Source: Candidatus Coatesbacteria bacterium
GTDB lineage: Bacteria > B130-G9
Direction: 5' to 3'
Assembly (NCBI GenBank): GCA_003647755.1
Contig: QMNL01000001.1
Span: 1 to 28,172 of the forward strand
DNA length: 28,172 nt
Position numbers and translations under genes: made by a program. Shown here piece by piece: positions 8,312 through 17,896 of the stretch (its first letter is position 1; every line of letters starts with the position of its first letter). The notes beneath the pieces were generated by a model that did no database searches, had not been told where the DNA came from, and was given only the letters and a program-made list of their open reading frames with translations.

Positions 8312-9799
8312 GTGGCCACATTGCGAAAGCTAGCCGGAAACGTAGCCCTCAGAACGGGGACTGAGGCGTTCAAGAAGCTCGTCAACCTGGGCTTTGTGGT
8401 ATTCGTGGCCAGGAAGCTGGGCGCGGATGGCCTCGGCCGTTACAGCTTTCTACTTGTGCTGACCAGTATTCTGGGCCTCGTTGCCGATTGCGGGTTCTCT
8501 ACGCTGATGCTGAGGGAGGTCGCAACCAGGCGGGACGAGGCGCCGCGGCTTCTCGGCGCCTCGATCATTATGAAGTCGTTTCTTTCGGGGATTACGTTCG
8601 GGCTACTATGGATTGTCATTGGATGGCTACACTCCTCGGGAGGCGCGGGGGCAACCTCTCGCATTGGATACACCGAGGCGTATCTCTTTGCGGCTTATAG
8701 CGTTCTTCTGTCGTTCATGGAGATGTTCAACGCCTTCTTCGTTGTCGATCAAAGGCTCGACCTTGATGCCATAACAAACGTGATCCAGCGCGGTGGGGCT
8801 GTCCTGCTGGGGATAGTTCTCGTTCTGGCGGGAATGAGTGTGGAGGGGATCGGCCTGGCTTTCATGGTGGCGACCGGCGCAGCGGCCATCGTGGCGCTTT
8901 GGATTGTGAGCAGGAGATTCGGCAATCCTATCTTCAGAGTTAAGCTAGCTCTGTGCAAATCGCTCTTGAAAGAGGCGGTTCCGCTTGCCCTCACACTCTT
9001 CTTCTCGGCCGTCTATTTCAAGATAGACCAAGTCATGCTGGGCTGGATGCGGTCAGAAACTGAACTGGGTTGGTATTCGGCCGCCTACCGCGTCTTCGAG
9101 GTTGCAGCTCTGATCCCCTCGATCCTGATGTTGATAGTCCTGCCGGTCTTCTCGCGGCTCGCCAAAGAATCCAGAAAAACGCTCGTCCGGGTCGGGCAGC
9201 AGGTGCTAGCCTTGCTCTTGACGCTTGGCATCGCCGTATCCGTTGTGATCGCACTTGCAGCGCCCAGAATCATCGCCCTCTTCGGTCGGGACTTCGGCGC
9301 AGAATCGAGCGAGGCGCTCTCGATTCTGATCTGGACTGCGGTGCCTATCTTCTGCAATTTCGTGCTGAGCACCATGTTGATCGCGATCGGTAAGCAGACG
9401 AGGCTTGCGCACTGCTTTATGCTGGGAGCGGCGCTGAACATCGCGCTGAATTGGATCGCGATTCCACGGTGGGGTTACCTCGGCGCGGCATGGTCCACAG
9501 TTATTACAGAACTAGTCTTGTTCAGTTTGATAGCTCATTTTTTAGGTCGTTATCTTTCCGAGTGGAAAATTCGAGCATTCCTTGCGCGTCCCCTCGCCTC
9601 AGCTTTGTTGGCAGCAGGACTCGCGCTCGTTCTGGGCCTGGGGAGTAACCGACCTGTCTTCGCTGCCGTCTGGTTGGCGCTGTTCGGGGTCGGCATCGTT
9701 GCACTGCGGGCGATCAATCTGCGGGAGCTGGCGCTACTGCGGGGCGCTGAACGTATCCTGGGGCACTCCAATGTCGCTGATCACGGGAATAGGCGCTAG
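8312..9799 (+). CDS. Wzx/MATE-like polysaccharide flippase (O-antigen/teichoic acid export family)
   Basis: Multi-TM protein with ARKLGADGLGRYS, ADCGFSTLMLREVA, IYFKID-like VYFKIDQVML, LGWYSAAYRVFE and LNWIAIPRWGYLGAAWST. The start was chosen at GTG 8312 after AGGAGG; GTG 8285 is an in-frame alternative. Confidence 0.88.
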   Translation: MATLRKLAGNVALRTGTEAFKKLVNLGFVVFVARKLGADGLGRYSFLLVLTSILGLVADCGFSTLMLREVATRRDEAPRLLGASIIMKSFLSGITFGLLWIVIGWLHSSGGAGATSRIGYTEAYLFAAYSVLLSFMEMFNAFFVVDQRLDLDAITNVIQRGGAVLLGIVLVLAGMSVEGIGLAFMVATGAAAIVALWIVSRRFGNPIFRVKLALCKSLLKEAVPLALTLFFSAVYFKIDQVMLGWMRSETELGWYSAAYRVFEVAALIPSILMLIVLPVFSRLAKESRKTLVRVGQQVLALLLTLGIAVSVVIALAAPRIIALFGRDFGAESSEALSILIWTAVPIFCNFVLSTMLIAIGKQTRLAHCFMLGAALNIALNWIAIPRWGYLGAAWSTVITELVLFSLIAHFLGRYLSEWKIRAFLARPLASALLAAGLALVLGLGSNRPVFAAVWLALFGVGIVALRAINLRELALLRGAERILGHSNVADHGNRR

Positions 9800-12700
9800 A
9801 AGTATCTCGTCAAACCATGCAACAGCTGACGGACCTTCCAGCGCGAGGAAGACAGTCATGTGCCTCGCCCGTTCAGGTGGCGTGAAGTAGTCGATGGAGT
9901 ATTCCCAATGGCACTCACGCTCGTTTGGTCGGTATCTGTTGAAGAAGAGCCTTCGCCCGTTCTCATCGTAGAACTCCTTCCCAGCATACGCGCCGGTGTC
10001 CGAGGCCCACACTCTGTAAAACAGTATATACGACATGTGAGGATCAACAGGCAGCCTTTTAGAGTAACTGACGGCTCTTCTGGCGCGCTCGTTTGTCCTC
10101 ATAAAGACAGCCTCCGGTCCCGGCCACGGACTTGGTTTAGGACCAGGCCCCGCCAGTTGCGGCGCGCCCTCGCTCATGCTGAAATCATCCCTGCCACTAA
10201 TAACGTTCTCCACTTCTTTGCACAACACGAATCGGCGCCCATGGACCAAAATCTGGCCTTCATCCGCATGCAGTAGGCGAAGTGTCTCCTGTCCGGGGCC
10301 GGTAAGGGGCAATGCGTCCCAGACGATTGTCAGCGCTGCCCTGTCCTCCCACCAAACAGACAGTTTATCGATCGACACTCCTCGAAGTGTCCCGTGGGGA
10401 ATGCTTGAACCGTTCGGCGGCATAAACAGAGCTGTGCCCAGCGGGGCAAAGGACTTGTCAAGGTCGTACTGTGGTTTGAACGCATCAACCTCCTGGGCAA
10501 CCCACCGCATTCCTTTCCGGTCATTGGCAGCGGTGAAGATACCCAGCAATCTCGCGAGCGGCCTGGCGTCACTTTGGTTCTGCGAGAAAGCGCATCGATA
10601 CTCCTTCTGTGCCTGTTCAAGCATGCCTCGTTTCTCAAGGGACATGCCCAGGAAGTAGTGAACCTGTGGCATATCTGTGCTTAACCGGGTCACACTCTCA
10701 AAGAGCTTAGATGCCTTCTCATACTGCCCACATTCAAGATAAAGCTTCCCCGTCAGGTACAGGTCCTTGCAACGCTCCAGCGGTGGCACGTCGGCTCTTT
10801 GCGAGAGCTTAAGCGATACCGAGGCGATGCGACCTCTCACTCCTCTGAAGTTAGGATCGAGCTCCGAGACAATCCTGAAGTACCTCCTGGCCCTCAGAAG
10901 GTCATTCTGCTTCTCGTAGTGCTCTGCAAGTTTGAATGCCGTCTCGATCTCGAATCTGTCCATCCTGAGTATCTCGGTCATCGTCCGAACTGCGTCAGCG
11001 TCCGTCCCGCGTTGCTCCTGAACGTCGGCGATCAGCTTCAGAACGCGCTCCGTCTTGACGAGCCTTCGCGACTCTTCCAGGCACCCCAGTGCTAAATCAA
11101 GTCGGCCCTGCCGGGCATACACCTTGCCTAGCTCGTAGTATATGTCTGCAATCCGCTGGCGGTAACGGTCCATTCTGGTATATGCAAAAGCTCTCTCAAA
11201 ACCGCCTATCGCATCGAACGGATGCCCCAGTCGCAATTCATTTTCCGCAGACGACACCAAAAGAACAGGGACGTTGTATGTAAGACGAGCCCTATCATAC
11301 GCTACCTGGGCGGGCTTGAACTTCCCCCTAGTTGAGAAGCAGAGCCCTATTTTGTAAAGCAGCCGACCATCGGCAGGGTCCAGACTGCTCGCAAACATAT
11401 ACCTGCCAAGAGCTCGCTCGGTTGCGCCCGCTTTTCTCAGACTGTCCCCCACATAGCCCTGATAATCCACGATAAAAGCCCTCACCGGCACCAAGCAGAC
11501 CCAGACCGCGGCCGCAAGAACGGCAGCGACCCCGACGAGCCTGGCAACTCGCAGTGACCGGCCAGAGGGCTTCCGATGCCGCGCTGGCTCTACCAAGCGC
11601 GAAGCTGAGGCTCGCATCCTGAGTGAAAGCCCCATTATCATCGCCGTGGCTGTCAAGCCAACCGTGGCCGTAGGGGCGATATGGAAAGGAAATGCGGTCA
11701 GCGCATTAGTGAGGATGGTTGCTATGCAAGTCAGCGCAGCTACGCCTATCACGCACTGCTCCCTCGTTTTGTCGTCCACCTCCCGAATCAGGGCCCTCCT
11801 CAAAGTAACGATCCCTAGTCCAAAGACAGAAACGAGAAAAAAGACGAACGAAAACAGCCCTATGGCACCTGTCTCCGCGGCGATCTGTAAATACTCGTTA
11901 TGAGCGTGGACAAGGCCGCCACGTGGCGATGTCCTAATTTGCTGGGGCGGTGCGGCTCGCATTTTCTTGAGATTCTCCTGCGTCTGAAAGTCCAGATACA
12001 GGTACTTGAAGGAACCCAGGCCGTGGCCCAAGATGGGCGATTGCCGGACCATTGCCTCCGTATTTGACCATATTGAGAGCCTTCTGTCGAAGCTGCCCTG
12101 TTCGGAGTAACGGTCCAGGACGTCAGCGTAGTTAGTGAAGATCAGGGCATACATTAGTGCGACGATGAGAAACACGATCTTAGCGGTTAGCTTCTCCTTT
12201 TGAAGCCGGGGCCGCCTACCAGTTACGATCGTCAGCAGGAGCAAGAACACGCCAAATCCTACAACTATTGAGATGGCAGGTGCCCTGGTCATCGTCAGCA
12301 AGGCCGCCAAGACGAAGAGGCCCAACACAAGTCCCAAGAGTATCTTGTTGATCTTCGATCTAGCGATGAGCAATAAGGCCAATGCAAACGGCACCAAGAC
12401 AGAGATATACTCGGAGACGAACACAGGATTGCCCAGAAAACCCATCACCTTGCGCCGTCCGGACACCATCACCTGTCCGACGTCCTCCAGCGGGACGACG
12501 AAGATGGGGTCCCAGCCCATCGACTGAGCGAGCACCATAACCGCATTCGCAATGCCCGTAGCCAGAACTACGAGGAGAACCTGCCTCGGTCTCAAGGTTC
12601 CTCTTCTGAAAGAATCGGCCAGCACAAGCATGAACGCAATACCTAAGACAACGTCGAAGAGTGTCCTCCTTGCCTCGACAGGAGCAGCACCTCGCACAGT

Positions 12701-13075
12701 AGCGAGCACCAGGATCGTCAGGACCAGAACCAGCGGGACCCTGATGGGCTTCCCAACAGAGGCGAGGTCGCTGCGAAGTGAGCCCCTTGTGATTGACCCC
12801 GCTATGAAGAATGAGACCAGCAGGACGCTGAGGAACTCAAACAGGAGCTCCTTGCCGTAGTTGAGTGACCAGAATGGCCACAGACTGAAGAACACCGGCC
12901 CCAGCAAGAGAATCAGCATTATCAGGCGACTGGTTGCCTGCTCAAAGATATTCGTTCCAGCTTGGACGCTGCCTCGTAACAGCCCTGTCAAATTGGGACC
13001 CAACACCTCACTCACGTCGTTTGACCAAAGTGCTCCACGCTCCTTATATGACCCATCTTCCCGTTCGGCCAGCAC
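9734..13075 (-). CDS. O-antigen ligase/Wzy_C-family membrane protein fused to TPR repeats and a C-terminal beta-rich domain
   Basis: About 12 hydrophobic segments in the first ~500 aa, with GFLGNP, TMTRAP, RLSIW...PILGHGLGSF and HAHNEYLQIAAETGAIG (Wzy_C signature). These are followed by many TPR-like helices (e.g. YYELGKVYARQG, VHYFLGMSLEKRG) and a ~230-aa tail ending in AWFDEILL. Confidence 0.85.
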   Translation of the reverse strand: MLAEREDGSYKERGALWSNDVSEVLGPNLTGLLRGSVQAGTNIFEQATSRLIMLILLLGPVFFSLWPFWSLNYGKELLFEFLSVLLVSFFIAGSITRGSLRSDLASVGKPIRVPLVLVLTILVLATVRGAAPVEARRTLFDVVLGIAFMLVLADSFRRGTLRPRQVLLVVLATGIANAVMVLAQSMGWDPIFVVPLEDVGQVMVSGRRKVMGFLGNPVFVSEYISVLVPFALALLLIARSKINKILLGLVLGLFVLAALLTMTRAPAISIVVGFGVFLLLLTIVTGRRPRLQKEKLTAKIVFLIVALMYALIFTNYADVLDRYSEQGSFDRRLSIWSNTEAMVRQSPILGHGLGSFKYLYLDFQTQENLKKMRAAPPQQIRTSPRGGLVHAHNEYLQIAAETGAIGLFSFVFFLVSVFGLGIVTLRRALIREVDDKTREQCVIGVAALTCIATILTNALTAFPFHIAPTATVGLTATAMIMGLSLRMRASASRLVEPARHRKPSGRSLRVARLVGVAAVLAAAVWVCLVPVRAFIVDYQGYVGDSLRKAGATERALGRYMFASSLDPADGRLLYKIGLCFSTRGKFKPAQVAYDRARLTYNVPVLLVSSAENELRLGHPFDAIGGFERAFAYTRMDRYRQRIADIYYELGKVYARQGRLDLALGCLEESRRLVKTERVLKLIADVQEQRGTDADAVRTMTEILRMDRFEIETAFKLAEHYEKQNDLLRARRYFRIVSELDPNFRGVRGRIASVSLKLSQRADVPPLERCKDLYLTGKLYLECGQYEKASKLFESVTRLSTDMPQVHYFLGMSLEKRGMLEQAQKEYRCAFSQNQSDARPLARLLGIFTAANDRKGMRWVAQEVDAFKPQYDLDKSFAPLGTALFMPPNGSSIPHGTLRGVSIDKLSVWWEDRAALTIVWDALPLTGPGQETLRLLHADEGQILVHGRRFVLCKEVENVISGRDDFSMSEGAPQLAGPGPKPSPWPGPEAVFMRTNERARRAVSYSKRLPVDPHMSYILFYRVWASDTGAYAGKEFYDENGRRLFFNRYRPNERECHWEYSIDYFTPPERARHMTVFLALEGPSAVAWFDEILLAPIPVISDIGVPQDTFSAPQ

Positions 13076-13284
13076 CTACCAGCTGTCCCTCAGCGTTGAC
13101 ATACCCCGCTGGCCAAACTCGTGCTGAGGCTGACGCCCAAAAACATATTATCCCTCGGACATCAAGGCAAGGAGCCTCTCTTGACCAACGTAATATAGCA
13201 GACCTGAAAGCCAGGCGAAGCTCTCATTTAGGACAGGCGTGCCTCTCTGGGTCAAGGGCAAGCCAAGGCCGAGCCGGGAATGCA

Positions 13285-14952
13285 CTATTTCTCAACACTC
13301 TTGCTGCCCAACAACCTGTGTGAACACAAACTGTCAAGGTCTGGCTGTTCCTGCAGGAGAGCGAGAAATCCCTTAACTACCTCAGAGTCAAACTGAATAC
13401 CCGCATATTTCATCAACTCGTTCTGTGCTTGTTCGGGGCTAAGAGCTGGCCTAAAGGGCCGGTCAGACCGCATCGCAACGTATGCTTCCACAACGCGATG
13501 GATGCGCACCGCAAGCGGCAGCTGTGAGCCGCTGAGCCTATCCGGATAGCCCTCACCGTTTACATCTTCATGGTGGTGCCGAACAAGCTTCACGAAGCCT
13601 CCCGTTCCGTGAACCGGCTGAAGAAGCCGCTCGCTGATCTTGGGGTGCTCCCTGATGTTGCGCATCTCCTCACTGTCCAGATCTGTGGGCTTGCGCAGTA
13701 TCTTGTCGTCGATCGCCGAGACCCCGACGTCATGCCACAGGCAAAGCATCCGCAGCTCATTTAATTCCCTGTCAGAAAGGCCGATTCTGCGCCCAAGAAT
13801 TGTCCCAACCTGCGCAATACTCTCGGTCCGGGAAGGCTCGTAGCAGGAACGCTCGTCCGCGTCCCTCCGCATCTGTTCCAAAAGCTTCTTGTACTTTTCG
13901 AGAAATTCTTTACGGGAAAGAGATGAAGTGGTGTCAGAGTCTGTCAAACTTATCATCTTCGTCCCATTTGCATACTCCTCAACAACTGGCGAGATAATCG
14001 AGGCGAGCTTCTGCGTGGCATTCTGCACGTCCGATACAGCGTCCTCAATGTCAGAAAGCCTTGCCTCTAAATCTCTCAGGTCATTCTGGGCGATCTGGCG
14101 TCTCAGAATGCCCACGCTCGAGAGAACGACCGACAGCGGATTGTTGATCTGATGGTTGACGGTTATTGCTGTTTCAACGATTGTCTGGACCTTCTGCGCC
14201 ATTGCCAGCTTCGCATAAAGATGACTGTAAACAAGGGCAGCTGAGATCTGGCTGGCAAGTATCCCAAGGACACGCCCCGCACCGGCCGGATCGCGGCTCC
14301 TAGCAGAACCAATCAGGGCAGCAACACCGATTGATTTACCAGAGGTCAGTAGAGGAAAACACACGATTTGCCCAAGTTCCCCCGCCTCCCCACTAGTGGA
14401 AAGCGTTGGCTGGCAGGTCTTCACGGCCTGGACAACAAGATCCTGGAGCGTGGGGTCAATCTCCGGCGCGTCTTCCGAGAAAAACGTTACTGCACTCTCC
14501 CTTCCTTTTTTCATGGCGCGAAGAACGGGCATACCGGTGCGCTCGTCAACGAGAAAGAGGTAGCATCTCTCGGCGCCTGTTTCCTCTACGAGCACTTCCG
14601 TGGCGACCCTAGACGTCTCGCCTATGTCCAACGTCGAACTCAGAGCATCTGAGACCTTCCGCATCGACGATAGCTCCTCGATCTTCTCAGAATAAAGCCT
14701 GTTCGCCCCAGCAAGCGCCTCGACAAGGCCGATCATCTTGATCGAATGGTCGCGCAGCAGCGCAGACATATCCGAAAGGACAGACCTCAGCCGGGACCCC
14801 AACTGGGTCGAACACTCGGGAAGCACCTCATCAAATGCTCTGCGCCGCACAATCCCCTCGAGCGCTTCCACTAGTCGGAGAATGTCGCTCTCAAGCGCAG
14901 CATTATCGTCAGACTGGATGCCTTCGCTCTTTTGATTCATGACCTTATTCAT
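13285..14952 (-). CDS. GAF + HisKA-like (DHp-only) + degenerate HD-GYP fusion protein
   Basis: GAF (VCFPLLTSGKSIGV...LGILASQISAAL), H-box VNHQINNPL with no ATP-binding domain, then WHDVG, ILRKPTDL, IREHP, RHHHEDVNGEGYPDRL and DRPFRPAL. Confidence 0.8.
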   Translation of the reverse strand: MNKVMNQKSEGIQSDDNAALESDILRLVEALEGIVRRRAFDEVLPECSTQLGSRLRSVLSDMSALLRDHSIKMIGLVEALAGANRLYSEKIEELSSMRKVSDALSSTLDIGETSRVATEVLVEETGAERCYLFLVDERTGMPVLRAMKKGRESAVTFFSEDAPEIDPTLQDLVVQAVKTCQPTLSTSGEAGELGQIVCFPLLTSGKSIGVAALIGSARSRDPAGAGRVLGILASQISAALVYSHLYAKLAMAQKVQTIVETAITVNHQINNPLSVVLSSVGILRRQIAQNDLRDLEARLSDIEDAVSDVQNATQKLASIISPVVEEYANGTKMISLTDSDTTSSLSRKEFLEKYKKLLEQMRRDADERSCYEPSRTESIAQVGTILGRRIGLSDRELNELRMLCLWHDVGVSAIDDKILRKPTDLDSEEMRNIREHPKISERLLQPVHGTGGFVKLVRHHHEDVNGEGYPDRLSGSQLPLAVRIHRVVEAYVAMRSDRPFRPALSPEQAQNELMKYAGIQFDSEVVKGFLALLQEQPDLDSLCSHRLLGSKSVEK

Positions 14953-14998
14953 AACTTCGTTACGCCATCAACTGTTCTTCCTCGAGAACATCCCTACC

Positions 14999-15871
14999 CT
15001 ACCAAATACTCTTGAAAAACTCCTGCATGTAAGACGCCTTTTCCGTGAGGCGCTCATGAACCTCTGCGAGCTGCCCCGAGCTGAGGCCCAGAGCCGCAAG
15101 CTCGTCCGAAGTCAGTTCAGGGGTTATTACCTCCCCAGTCCAACCCAGTTGACGCCTCTTGCATATCTTGTCCGCCAGGTAAATCGCTCCGGTGATTCGC
15201 CCCTTCTTGAGCGCTGCCTCGTCGTGATGAAGCGCGATGCAGTCGTGTAGTTCCTCTGGCAGGCTCCAATGGTCTGCCAGAAATGCGCCAGCCTCCTGAT
15301 GGTCAAGACCAAATGCCTCCTTCTCTGCCTCAATCAGCGTGAGCTCTCCATTTTGGAGCCTCTCAACTACCGCTGCTGAGTCTGCTGGAAAGAGCCTCAG
15401 CAGGGCGAGTCTCCCAATGTCGTGGATGATGCCAGCCGTGAAAGCAACATCCGGGGCAGTCATCCGTGCTGCTTTGGCGATCAGCTGTGCACAGAGGCCC
15501 ACAGCCAAAAAATGTGTCCAGAGGCCTGCTTTGTTAACACCTTTTAACTCTGTAGAATTGTGGAAAGTATTGAATATCGACACCCCGAGCGCAAGCGCCT
15601 TGACCGTCTCCACCCCGAGAAGAACCATCGCATGCTCAACACTCATGACCTCCTTCTGAAAACCGTAGTAAGGCGAATTGGCCAGCTTTAACATCTTGCT
15701 GGAGAGGGCGGGGTCCTCCATGACCGTCTTGGAGATTCTCGCCATTGAGAGCTTAGGGTTTGAGAGAGCGTCCAGCATTTTGTATAACGCCGCCGGCGGC
15801 GTCGGGAGCTCTGATAGGCGGCTCAGCACCGACTTGATCTCTCTGGCGTGATGGCTCCCGGCCGTCATCAT
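14999..15871 (-). CDS. HDOD-domain protein
   Basis: LPTPP, DPALSSKMLKLANSPYYG, AMVLLG, LWTHFLAV, AFTAGIIHDIGRL, GLDHQEAGAFLADHWSLP and LHH. The start at 15871 gives an ATGA overlap with the upstream stop; 15877 is an alternative. Confidence 0.9.
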   Translation of the reverse strand: MMTAGSHHAREIKSVLSRLSELPTPPAALYKMLDALSNPKLSMARISKTVMEDPALSSKMLKLANSPYYGFQKEVMSVEHAMVLLGVETVKALALGVSIFNTFHNSTELKGVNKAGLWTHFLAVGLCAQLIAKAARMTAPDVAFTAGIIHDIGRLALLRLFPADSAAVVERLQNGELTLIEAEKEAFGLDHQEAGAFLADHWSLPEELHDCIALHHDEAALKKGRITGAIYLADKICKRRQLGWTGEVITPELTSDELAALGLSSGQLAEVHERLTEKASYMQEFFKSIW

Positions 15872-17385
15872 CCCCATCGCGGCGCTCCATTTTGAGAAGA
15901 GCGGTCCGAGCCATTCTGCATCGGCAACCGCACGACCACCTCTGTTCCACCGTTTTCAGCGCTTCTCAGAGTAATATCACCGTTGTGTTCCTTGACTATG
16001 CCATACGCCACGCTTAAGCCGAGACCAGCCCCATCACCAAACTTCCCTGTCCTGAAAAATGGCTTGAACACTCTGTCGAGATTGAACTCAGAAATCCCCA
16101 CACCGTTGTCGCGAACGGAGAACACAAGTGAGTTGCCGTCCCTTGCTGTCTTAACCGAGATCCGCTTGTCATCCAAGTTCTGAACCGCCTGATAGGCGTT
16201 CTTCAGAAGATTGACAAATACTTGCTGAACCTGAACACTGTCAGCGAACACATCTGGCAGGTCCTCAGCAAACTGCAGATCGACTTTGACCTTGTTTTTT
16301 TTCAACTGAAACTCCATCAGGGAGAGAGTATCCTCAAGAACTTTGTTCAAATCAAAGTAGCTCCGTAAAGCCTTTCTGTGCCTCGAAAATCCTAACAACG
16401 CCTCAATTATCCCCTTGGCCTTCAACGCCGAATCCTCTATCACCCGAAGACGCTGCCTAGCTTTCTCATCCTTCATACTCCGCTGCATCAACTCCGCATA
16501 GCCAAGTATCGGCCCCAACTTGTTGTTGAGCTCGTGTGCCACACTGCCCACTAGCTCTCCGATGGCAACAAGCTTCTCCCTCTCGATAAGATGACGCTGC
16601 ATGTCGAGCAGCTCTGTCATGTCTCGCACTATCAGAACCGCACGAGCCTCTGCATCTACCTCGATCCAAGATATGCAGACAGACACATCCAGAATCTTCT
16701 CTGCCGGACCGACCATTTTAAGGTCAATCCTATTCGCTTTTGTGTGCGCCGAATCGAGCGCCTGTTCCAGATTCTTCCTGTCGTCCTCGCTCTTCGTAAG
16801 AGCATAAATGCTGCTTGACAGAAATCTATCGACTTCACCACCAAACATATCCAGACCGGCCTGATTGATGGACAGGACATTGCCCGATGAATCCAAGACC
16901 AGGATCGCCTCACCCGCGTTCTCGATGATCTTCTCCAGGTAGTCCTTTGTCTGACGCACCTCCTCCTCGAGCTGCACCCTCTCGAGGCGCACACGGTGCT
17001 CCTGGAGAGTCCTCTTGACCACCAAGGGAAGCGCCTCCAGGAACTGCATGTCTGGGGTCTTCACCAGATAGTCATAAGCGCCTCGTTTCATCGCCTCGAC
17101 CGCAACGCTCTCGTCCCCATGTCCGGTCACCATGAGAACAGGCATATCGGGCTTTAGCTCGTGAACTCGCCCCATCAATGTAAGCCCGTCCATTCCCGGA
17201 AGCGTGTAGTCCAGCACGATCAGGTCCAACTCCGATTTCCCAACCGCCTCGAGGCATTCATCCGGACCGTACGCCTGAAGCACACTGCAGCTATCGGATG
17301 AGCTTAAAATGGCATCTTTTTGAAGGTCGTTGTGGTCTATATCATCGTCAACTATGAGGATTACTTCCTCTGACTCATCACTCAT
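15868..17385 (-). CDS. Hybrid sensor histidine kinase (REC-PAS-HisKA-HATPase)
   Basis: REC (IVDDD, LDYTLP, VTG, DYLVK), PAS (IIENAGEAI...N), H-box AHELNNKL, N-box QVFVNLLKNA, DNGVG, FKPFF and GAGLGL. ATGA overlap with the upstream receiver gene. Confidence 0.92.
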   Translation of the reverse strand: MSDESEEVILIVDDDIDHNDLQKDAILSSSDSCSVLQAYGPDECLEAVGKSELDLIVLDYTLPGMDGLTLMGRVHELKPDMPVLMVTGHGDESVAVEAMKRGAYDYLVKTPDMQFLEALPLVVKRTLQEHRVRLERVQLEEEVRQTKDYLEKIIENAGEAILVLDSSGNVLSINQAGLDMFGGEVDRFLSSSIYALTKSEDDRKNLEQALDSAHTKANRIDLKMVGPAEKILDVSVCISWIEVDAEARAVLIVRDMTELLDMQRHLIEREKLVAIGELVGSVAHELNNKLGPILGYAELMQRSMKDEKARQRLRVIEDSALKAKGIIEALLGFSRHRKALRSYFDLNKVLEDTLSLMEFQLKKNKVKVDLQFAEDLPDVFADSVQVQQVFVNLLKNAYQAVQNLDDKRISVKTARDGNSLVFSVRDNGVGISEFNLDRVFKPFFRTGKFGDGAGLGLSVAYGIVKEHNGDITLRSAENGGTEVVVRLPMQNGSDRSSQNGAPRWG

Positions 17386-17882
17386 TGCCCAATCCCCTTT
17401 TGCATTGGCAACTCGCTAACTGTTGACCAGTACTTACCCAGACCCGTTATCCGGGTCAAGAACTCGTTGAAGTCTGCTGGCTTGGTTACGTAGTCGTTGG
17501 CTCCCAGGTCCGCGGTCTTCTTGACGGTCTGCAGGCTGTTGGACGTGGTCAGAATGATTATCGGAATGGTCGAGAATCGTTTCTCGGCTCTGATGAGTCT
17601 TAGGACTTCGAGTCCGTTTTTGCCTGGCAGGTTGATGTCCAGAAGAATGAGTGCGGGCCTCGGTGAAAGCGACTTCTGCTGGAAAGGCCCCCTTCGGAAA
17701 ACATAATCCAGAGCCGTATCGCCATCCTTTATCAGAACAACCTTCCGAATATTCCCGACCTGCTTGAGCGCATCGATAACGAGCTCCGCATGATCCTGTT
17801 CGTCCTCGATCATCAGGATCAGATCGATCAGCCGTGTTTTCTTGTTCTCGCCAGAACTCAGCTCTATCACTTTAGTAGGCAC
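17382..17882 (-). CDS. Single-domain response regulator (Rcp1-like receiver)
   Basis: IEDEQD, LILLDINLP (phosphoacceptor Asp intact), IIILTTS and GANDYVTKP, with C-terminal LGKYW as in Rcp1-type receivers. GTG start. Confidence 0.9.
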   Translation of the reverse strand: MPTKVIELSSGENKKTRLIDLILMIEDEQDHAELVIDALKQVGNIRKVVLIKDGDTALDYVFRRGPFQQKSLSPRPALILLDINLPGKNGLEVLRLIRAEKRFSTIPIIILTTSNSLQTVKKTADLGANDYVTKPADFNEFLTRITGLGKYWSTVSELPMQKGIGQ

Positions 17883-17896
17883 TTGTATTTACACCC

